Below the pieces are notes generated by a model. That model ran no database searches and had not been told where the DNA came from. It saw nothing but the letters and a program-made list of their open reading frames with translations. Position numbers and translations under genes: made by a program. A stretch of DNA of 64,000 nt from Macrostomum lignano (taxonomy: Eukaryota), in assembly GCA_002269645.1 (NCBI GenBank), contig NIVC01000255.1, positions 310,001-374,000 of the forward strand, in the 5' to 3' direction. Of the stretch, positions 24,745 to 32,619 are shown piece after piece (position 1 is the first letter of the stretch; every line of letters starts with the position of its first letter).

Positions 24745-25560
24745 CTACAGCTTCTTATCCCGTGTGTTAGACGGCCCGGCGCTAGCACCCGTCAGTGGAC
24801 GCATGCGCCTCTTGCCTAACCTCATGGCCTCAAAGGGCGCTTCTGGCTGAGTGTCAGGCATTTCGATTTTAAAAAAGTTGGGGTCGCGCTTCTGCTGAGG
24901 CTGATTACTGCGGTGCCGCCCGTGCTCTTGCAGCCGTCTCTGCTTTGTACGAGGTGACAAATTCGAAAACCAGGCCTCACAGTCAGGGCAGCAGTGCGGG
25001 TCCAGTTCCTGCCGATCCGCCCGTTTTCGAACAACGCGTACGCAAGCGTAATTCTTTTGATTCGGCGGGTCAGGCATGCGGTTATACTCCGCGCGCAGTT
25101 TGTTCAAGTTCTCAGCCGGCTCGTAGTCTCGCGCCGCGGGCTGATCGTCACTGGCGACGTTCGCAGTCGAGCCAGCCGGCTCAATGTCGTTAAACAGAGA
25201 CGGCGAACCGAGCTGGGTCTCGGCGTTGTAGCGAAGCTGATCGTCGTTGGCGTCGTTCGCAGTCGAGCCAGCCGGCTCAATGTCGTCAAACAGAGACGGC
25301 GAACCGAGCTGGGTCTCGGCGTTGTAGCGAAGCTGATCGTCGTTGGCGTCGTTCGCAGTCGAGCCAGCCGGCTCAATGTCGTCAAACAGAGACGGCGAAC
25401 CGAGCTGGGTCTCGGCGTTGTAGCGAAGCTGATCGTCAGGCGTCGTTCGCAGTCGAACCAGCCGGTAACCGGTAACCGATCAGGTCGACAAGAGTCGGCG
25501 ACATAGTTCGCGCCACGTCTCGAAGGAGGTCATCCTCTAGGGCTCAGGTCGTTCGACATG
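24745..25560 (-). pseudogene. CtIP/Sae2/Ctp1 C-terminal-domain protein with three 32-aa N-terminal repeats; frameshift at ~25438
   Basis: Positions 25053-24847 encode NYACVRVVRKRADRQELDPHCCPDCE...HGRHR...PNFFKIEMPDTQ, which aligns without gaps to the recalled human CtIP C-terminus. The frame is open from ~25437 to 24745. A 2-nt loss relative to the repeat consensus disrupts the 5' part. Confidence 0.8.
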
Positions 25561-25908
25561 TCTGAAAAGCAAGTATATGTCGTCTGTTATGCACACGCAA
25601 GTTTGTCCGACACACATCTGAGCTTGGAGTATCAATACCATGCTGCTGGGCTGTGCAGTGGGAAATTGTTAACTATTTATTACTATTACGTTACTAGTAA
25701 GTAGAGACGCTTGACAAACTTGATTAGTGAACGAACGATGATTGACCTGATTGGCCTGTATACGCCACAAATCGTATATATATATATGTATATATGAGCA
25801 AAATAAGCAATATAAACTAAATAAGCAGTGCGAAAGCAATATAATCAATACAAAGGCAATGTAAGCAATATAAGCAGTATTGGCAATATGAGCAATATAA
25901 GCAATATG

Positions 25909-25967
25909 AGCAAAACACAGTTGAAGAAGGCATGCTGGAAAAGAGCAATTATGGCATATCCCGTCCC
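25909..25967 (-). promoter_or_regulatory. 59-bp intergenic module, copy 1 (identical to 27706-27764)
   Basis: Exact direct repeat 234 nt downstream of the 26201 stop. The minus strand contains TTGCTCTTTTCCAG, an acceptor-like sequence. Confidence 0.6.
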
Positions 25968-26003
25968 CTTTGAAATCGAGCCGACTGGCTCGATTTCAAA
26001 GGG
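25966..26003. other. Perfect 17-bp-arm hairpin CCCTTTGAAATCGAGCC-GACT-GGCTCGATTTCAAAGGG
   Basis: Direct inspection. Its core is the element-wide GAGCC-N4-GGCTC palindrome. Confidence 0.9.
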
Positions 26004-26200
26004 CCAATTTGTCCAATTTCTCCAAATTGCCGTGCTCTTTCTAAAACGTGGCGGTCTTTGTACGGTTTAAGCGGAATCTAATCAGATTCAATAAACTCTA
26101 TATTCTGTTATACTCTCTTAATTGTGGTGGGCAGAAACGACTAGTGATTGAAGCTGCGGCTAACTACACGTTCCGGAATTACTAACGTGGCCTACATTAA

Positions 26201-27379
26201 TTACTTAAACCGCACATAGGCCGCCCACGTCCCTACAATGGCGACGGCCAGAGTCATGTATAGGACATTCGATTTATGTCCTAAGTACACCAGCCGGTAC
26301 TCCTGGGCAGCTCGACCGCGTCGCCTTGACTTTTTCAGCACATTGACCCGATTTTGCACCGGTGGCGTGACACCGGCGGATCCGGCGTGCTCATTAACGG
26401 TGCTCACGGCTCGGTCGAAGATGGCCTGGGCGTCGAGCGACAACTCGGTCTTCGCGCCAGCCGGCGCGTCTACGATTCCGCTGTCTCTGAGGTGCGAATA
26501 CAACGTGCGGACTGCATTAGTCCAGCACGTTGTTTCGCATCCCCGGGACCACAGAAAGATAAAGACACAAACTAGTGTCAAGATGGCATTGCCCATGCTG
26601 TCCGAAAATAGTATGCTGTGTTCAGACTCATACTGCCGTAGTTTGTAAGAAGCAGCAGTCATGAACGTCTGCATATCTGTATGCCAGCAGTATGGCCAGT
26701 TTTTTCCATTCGCGTACAGCTCTCTGCACCGACCGCAAATGCCAGAGTAATTTCCCGTCGCGCCGAGGGTGCCTTCGGCCTGCTGAGCGGAATCGCTCAG
26801 AGGCTCGTTGTACAACGACATGTCGCGAAGCTGTTTGACTACTCCTGTGGCAGCAGACGCAGCTGGGACACAGGTCGAGCCGGTTGGCTCGACACGACCC
26901 GTCGCGCCGAGGGTGCCTTCGGCCTGCTGAGCGGAATCGCTCAGAGGCTCGTTGTACAACGACATGTCGCGAAGCTGTTTGACTACTCCTGTGGCAGCAG
27001 ACGCAGCTGGGACACAGGTCGAGCCGGTTGGCTCGACACGACCCGTCGCGCCGAGGGTGCCTTCGGCCTGCTGAGCGGAATCGCTCAGAGGCTCGTTGTA
27101 CAACGACATGTCGCGAAGCTGTTTGACTACTCCTGTGGCAGCAGACGCAGGAACACAGCTCGAGCCGACTGGCTCAACTGTAGCTCCGGCGTCGTCACTA
27201 CAGTCGTCGTCCCAGTTGCTGCAGGCGCGCGATTTAACTAGCCGTTGCTGCTCGGCATGGGCTGCGTGGATGTCATCCTCACAGTCGTCGCAGTGAGAGG
27301 AGCGACAAAAAAAACAATAGTCGGCGAACGCGAAGTATTCCCGCGAATTGCATTTGGGGCATGGTTGCTGGTCCGGCAT
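26201..27379 (-). CDS. 392-aa transposon accessory protein: N-terminal Cys/His Zn-finger, three 47-48-aa repeats, unknown C-terminal domain
   Basis: Intact ATG ORF with CPKC..CFFC..HCDDC...H..H, and 141-144-bp in-frame repeats at ~26760-27190. Confidence 0.7.
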   Translation of the reverse strand: MPDQQPCPKCNSREYFAFADYCFFCRSSHCDDCEDDIHAAHAEQQRLVKSRACSNWDDDCSDDAGATVEPVGSSCVPASAATGVVKQLRDMSLYNEPLSDSAQQAEGTLGATGRVEPTGSTCVPAASAATGVVKQLRDMSLYNEPLSDSAQQAEGTLGATGRVEPTGSTCVPAASAATGVVKQLRDMSLYNEPLSDSAQQAEGTLGATGNYSGICGRCRELYANGKNWPYCWHTDMQTFMTAASYKLRQYESEHSILFSDSMGNAILTLVCVFIFLWSRGCETTCWTNAVRTLYSHLRDSGIVDAPAGAKTELSLDAQAIFDRAVSTVNEHAGSAGVTPPVQNRVNVLKKSRRRGRAAQEYRLVYLGHKSNVLYMTLAVAIVGTWAAYVRFK

Positions 27380-27705
27380 TGTGATGTCTTAATCTTAATT
27401 TGTTTATTTGTCCTTAATTTGTACAAATTAATTTCTTTTGCTGGTACTTCTTTGTCAGTGGGTCGACTGAAATTAATGCGAAGTAGGTGCACGATTATTG
27501 GAACAAAAGGACAGCTGCGTACCGGTTGTAACCTACTATATTGTCAGGTAGAAATAAAGGCGTAAAGGAAGGCAACATATGGATATAGACGTCATGTGAC
27601 CGACGTTTGTTACTAAATATAAATATAATTTTTTATGACACCACATAGCAATGTGCAGTAGTAAGCAGTATAAGCAATATATATATTATATATAAAAGCA
27701 ATAAA

Positions 27706-27764
27706 AGCAAAACACAGTTGAAGAAGGCATGCTGGAAAAGAGCAATTATGGCATATCCCGTCCC
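27706..27764 (-). promoter_or_regulatory. 59-bp intergenic module, copy 2
   Basis: Identical to 25909-25967 and 230 nt downstream of the transposase stop. Confidence 0.6.
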
Positions 27765-27993
27765 GTTTGAGCGAGGGTGTCCTCTAGCCCTCACCCCTTG
27801 TTGTAAACTGTAGTCATAAGTTTTGAATGAACAGGTGACATTTCTACTCAATTTAAAAAGCTTTAGAACTTTCGAATGTTTACTTACTATAGTGATGTGA
27901 GTTCTAAGAAATTATATTGTTTTACCAGAAAGCCTGTGCAACGATTTTTCCTTCTTATTGGGACACCCTACGTACAATGAGTACATACAATTC

Positions 27994-30774
27994 TCACGCT
28001 GCGTAAGAAAACTGAATATGGGGGAGGAATGCTACATAGCGGTCGTTCACACAACACGTAGCGAGTACGTCGTTAGCAGGGATTTCGAAGTAGTATTTGT
28101 CAACTGCGCAAAATGGATTGGCACGCAGGCGCCGAACGTGTGCGACTGAGCATCCGCCGTGGTCCGGTTCGCCAGTCAAGCGGTACAACGGATGATTGTC
28201 CTCGTGCGGCTCCACAGTCAGAAGGCGGCGTAGGCGAACCCATGCGCAATTGTCCCGGAGTTGAATTTCCTCAATTCGTGCGAATTCAAACGGCTGACGA
28301 CAGTTAGGGATGAGGACAGTAACAAAGCACGAGGCGGCGCGCTGGTGGATCAGGCGAGGCAAGAATATTTCAATGCGTAGCCCGCTGGTCAGTACTGCTT
28401 TGCCATACCGTGTGTCACCGCCCGCCAATTGGCGGCGAATAGGATTGCGCAGTCGCACACCATCCGGCAGTCGAACCTCACCATTTGGTGGTCCCTCGCT
28501 GAAGATGTTGGGGAGTTGCAATTCGGCCATCATTTGCCTTCGCGCCAATTGGCGCTGTAGGAGGCCGGCAACTTCGGTGTCAACATTCCTGGAGCCGTGA
28601 ATTTTGGTGCGAAGATTCGCATGCGACGACTCAAACAAGCCCGCAGACATCCTCCACATTGGCCCGTATAAAGTTACGTACGATACAAAGTGCTCACAAA
28701 CTTGGTGTGCATTGTACGTAAGGGCCATGTTGGAGTACATCTGAGGCAGCTGACTGTAAAAGTAGTGCAGAAGCCGGCTGGCTTTCATCACTTCCATTAG
28801 AGGCGCTCCATCCAATGTAAGCCAGAACATGGCCGTGGACAGTAGCTGAAGGTGCCAGTAGTAGCGGTCGGGCAGGATGCCTTACATCACCATAGGGCCG
28901 TAGACGATTAACCATGCCTCAAGTTCGTGGCCCCGAAACATGCCGAATTCATGGAAACTTCGGGGAGCACGTTGATGAGACAGGGGTACGTGAATCCGCG
29001 AAGAGGCAAGGTCCACATCTGCACGTCGCGAAACTAGATTGGGGTTATGCGCGTGGTACATGTCTGGTTTCTTAGGATGAAACAGCTGTTTCAAAATCCA
29101 GTGAACGAGTCCAAGATAGCACTGATGAAGCAGACACGGTGGACACCCATGCATGTAGTCGAAACCGTTTAACTGGTCCAACACTGACACGCACATAACG
29201 CCCAGATAGTTGTCCTTGCCGACCGGGATGTTGTGCGCCAGTAGGCGCGTGTCTCGCAAGCTACGAGCGTGCGGTGTAATACAACCGACTGCGGTTGCCA
29301 GCGCAACCGCCTCTTCTTTGCCACTGACTGGGTACCGATTGGCACCCAATGATCTCTGCGTCTTCACATAGCAGTTGTCGCAGCCGAACTCTGCATTGTG
29401 ACGCTTTAGACCGACAACCTCAGCTCTCTGTGGGGCATCCAAGACGAATAGGTACGGGTGCAGTCGAAGAAGACCAGGCGCGTCGCCTTCAGTGCCACCA
29501 CCTGTGCTGTAGGTGATCCCGATAGACCGGAGCTCATTCAGCTCTCTAACAAGGCCGGGAAGGAAGGTGGATGTCTTGACTTTCGACTTTGCAGCCCAGA
29601 AACCACATACGACGATGAAACGCGATTTCATTGCTTCGTGTACTTCGTTGATACTCAAGTACACTGGGCACATTTCCATCAGCGCGTCTGCAAATACTGG
29701 AAAGCCGTCGATGTTCACAGTATACGACAGATCTTGCTTCAAGTGTAGCCGAACTGAACGCTTGAAATGCCGATACTCGTCGCAACTGGATACTGAGACA
29801 AAATTACGATCTTCAGATGACAAATCGACAGGGAAAGTTACGCTCTGTAGAAGCCGGCACTGTTCAATTAACTGTCTGATTTGCAATTTAAAGTCGGTGG
29901 TATAAAACTTGGATACGCCGGCCGGCGACAGTTCCTTGTTACAATAAGTGCAATTTTCACGGTTCTGAGCCTGTGCTGACGTGACCTCAGCACTACAGGA
30001 GGAACAGAACAGTCGGGGTGGCGATGTAAAGTCGTTCGCGAATGCCTGGACTGTTTTCCGTAGTAAATATACACTACCAGGCAGGTTGCTACCGACTGGC
30101 ACAGCTGCATGGAAGAGGCGAAGCAGGTCAGCTATGCCTTTCCTTGGCAGAGACTGGCGCTCGCTGAACAAATGCACATAGGCCGCAAACGAATCGTAGG
30201 TCAACGGAGAGTCTAGGAAAAGTGCGGCTCCATTTCTCCTACGCGGCTGCATATCCATAGCTTCTGGGTTATGGGTGGCTCCATTGCCAACACACGGTAC
30301 ATCCTCATCCTCTGGTGGGCGGTCATCTTCAGTGAAGTCCTCACAATCGTCGCACTGCTCGATGGCGTCCAGCGCCATTGGAGCGCCACTCCAATAGTCG
30401 TCATCTGGAGCTTCTTCGCCTGGTTCCTCAACGATAGATCTAGAAGATACGTCCTCATCGTCGTTGTCTGAATACTGCGAGCCGGTAGGCTCGACGACCA
30501 TGGGAGTCTGGACGCCACTGCTACATCCACCTGTTGCCAATGCTGGCTGCCAGCTGCTGCCAACACTGGCTACACTGTTGCTTGTTTGCGCGTCATGAGT
30601 GGTTGGTACGTCATGAGTGGTCCGAGTTGCAGTTAGTAAATGGCTCACTGAAGCTTCTGCTCGTGTCGGACGGGCTGTCGCCGCAACTGTCTGTCTGAGT
30701 GATTCTTTGAGTCGACTGAAGTGCCGTGCGATGGCAACTGACTTCTTGTCGAGCTCTTTTAGTCGTTCAAGTGA
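27994..30774 (-). pseudogene. EnSpm/CACTA-type DDE transposase (Transposase_21/Tnp2-like), ~925 codons, single in-frame TAA at 28882-28884
   Basis: Motifs NIDGFPVF, LDAPQRA...HNAEFGCDNC, CLLH (C/DxxH) QCYLGLV, RAPRS...GHELEAWL, TYNAHQ...YGPMW...FES. The two called ORFs are joined in frame by GILPDRYYWHLQLLSTA. The frame is open upstream to an acceptor at ~30774. Confidence 0.9.
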
Positions 30775-31181
30775 CTGAAAATAAAGAAATTGAATACCTG
30801 TGTGACTAGGAGAGAATCCGTACTAAAATTGTTAATTAACAAATACCATCATTCTACTATCAGTTTGAATCAGTTTGCTATCTTAGCCCAAGAGCCAACA
30901 AAGGGCGAAGCAATGGTTTCACACTAAACTGGGTGATATCTGAAGTACATACGTCACAACGTAGCGCGATATACAAATTGCTGTGGGCGTATAAGGCGAT
31001 AAAAATAAATAAAATTGACACACTCATTGTACATGTCATCATGAAATTTGTGTATGCACAGTTTATTGGACAGCATTAGTGCTCTACAAATCAAATAATT
31101 GCCCGAGCGCCAAGACACCGCAAAAGTTTACACGTACAAGTTTATACACCATTTGATAAGATTATCACGTTCACAACAAGT

Positions 31182-32000
31182 CAGCGGGCCGGTTTAGAAC
31201 GGGCCAGTGAGGGGGCCAACCAGCGGGCCAACCAGCGGGCCGGTTTAGAACGGGCCAACCAGCGGGCCAACCAGCGGGCCGGTTTAGAACGGGCCAACCA
31301 GCGGGCCAACCAGCGGGCCGGTTTAGAACGGGCCAACCAGCGGGCCAACCAGCGGGCCGGTTTAGAACGGGCCAACCAGCGGGCCAACCAGCGGGCCAAC
31401 TAGTGGGCCGAGCAGCGGGCCGGTTTAGATCGGGCCAGTGAGCGGGCCAACCAGCGGGCCGTGCAGCGGGCCGGTTTAGAACGGACCATTGAGCGGGCCA
31501 ACCAGCGGGCCAACCAGCGGGCCGGTTTAGAACGGGCCAGTGAGCGGGCCAACTAGTGGGCCGAGCAGCTGGCCGGTTTAGAACGGACCATTGAGCGGGC
31601 CAACCAGCGGGCCAACCAGCGGGCCGGTTTAGAACGGGCCAACCAGCGGGCCAGTGAGCGGGCCAACTAGTGGGCCGAGCAGCTGGCCGGTTTAGAACGG
31701 GCCATTGAGCGGGCCAACCAACGGGCCAACCAGCGGGCCGGTTTAGAACAGGCCAACCAGCGGGCCAACCAGTGGGCCGCGCAGCGGGCCGGTTTAGAAC
31801 GGGCCAGTGAGCGGGCCAACCAGCGGGCTAATCAGCGGGCCGATCTGCGGATCGGTTTCGAGCGGGCCATTAGCGGGCTAATCAGCGGGCTTCAGAGCAG
31901 GCCGGGTTTCAGCGGGCCAATTTGTTGTAAAAGGCCTGTAATACGGGCCGATTCGCTTCGGCCCGCTAATGGCCCGCTCAAAAGCCCACTGAGGCCCGCT
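31182..32000. repeat. Right subterminal repeat array (AGCGGGCCA / GCGGGCCGGTTTAGAACGGGCCA)
   Basis: Inverted relative to the left array. Confidence 0.92.
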
Positions 32001-32619
32001 AAGTTTTTCAACCGGGTAATGCTTGCCATCTGGGGGATGCTTGCTATCTGGGGGATGCTTGCTATCTGGGGGATGCTTGCTATCTGGGGGATGCTTGCTA
32101 TCTTGGGATGCTTGCTATTTGGGTGATGCTTGCTATCTGGGGGATGCTTACTATCTGGGGGATGCTTGCTATCTGGGGATGCTTGCTAGCTGGGGGTGCT
32201 TGCTATTTGGGTGATGCTTGCTATCTGGGGGATGCTTGCTATCTGGGGAATGCTTGCTTTTTTGGGTAATGCTTGCTATCTGGGGGACGCTTGCTATCTG
32301 GGGGATGCTTGCTATTTGGGTGATGCTTGCTATCTGGGGATGCTTGCTATCTGGGGGATGCTTGCAATCTGGGGGATGCTTGCAATCTGGGGGATGCTTG
32401 CTGTCTTGGGATGATTTCTTTTTGCATTGCACTTCATTTCAGTAGTTTGTCTATTTTCTTTGTGAAAGCTTTATTTGGCTATCTTCTTTTACTTGTAGAG
32501 AACAGAGATTCTATACAGATGTCCCCCAACGGGGGGCGAAGATTGCTAGTCAATATAGCTAAGTTGATGTAACTAACATTCTAAATATTTTTGCCCAAGA
32601 TCGCAGGATTTTTACTAGA

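Larger units (their letters stand above)
21569..32016 (-). mobile_element. Complete EnSpm/CACTA-like (CMC superfamily) DNA transposon, 10448 bp, four co-oriented genes
   Basis: TIR CCCGGTTGAAAAA...TTTTTCAACCGGG. TAA is duplicated at 21566-68 and 32017-19, and removing the element restores the satellite variant TTGGGTAATGCTTG seen at ~32262. Inverted subterminal arrays and a Transposase_21-like ORF are present. Confidence 0.92.
20594..32549 (+). mobile_element. 5'-truncated Helitron copy (satellite A 20600-21370, 18-bp satellite, canonical 3' end), split by the CACTA insertion
   Basis: The 3' end GTCCCCCAACGGGGGGCGAAGATTGCTAG|T at 32521-32550 is nearly identical to 17759-17788, and the satellites occur in the same order. 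Confidence 0.8.

Noticed and set aside
24994-25506. + strand ORFs across the CACTA genes (e.g. 24994-25506, 26681-27241, 23863-24309)
   Set aside because: Antisense shadows of GC-rich minus-strand genes and their repeats.
28831-28884. Intron between the two transposase ORFs
   Set aside because: Although GTAAG...CAG is present, the 51 nt encode the conserved GILPDRYYWHL motif in frame, so this is a nonsense mutation.
21569-32016. piggyBac (CCC...GGG ends) or Harbinger (TAA TSD) classification
   Set aside because: The TSD is 3 bp rather than TTAA, and the transposase motifs and subterminal arrays are EnSpm/CACTA-type.
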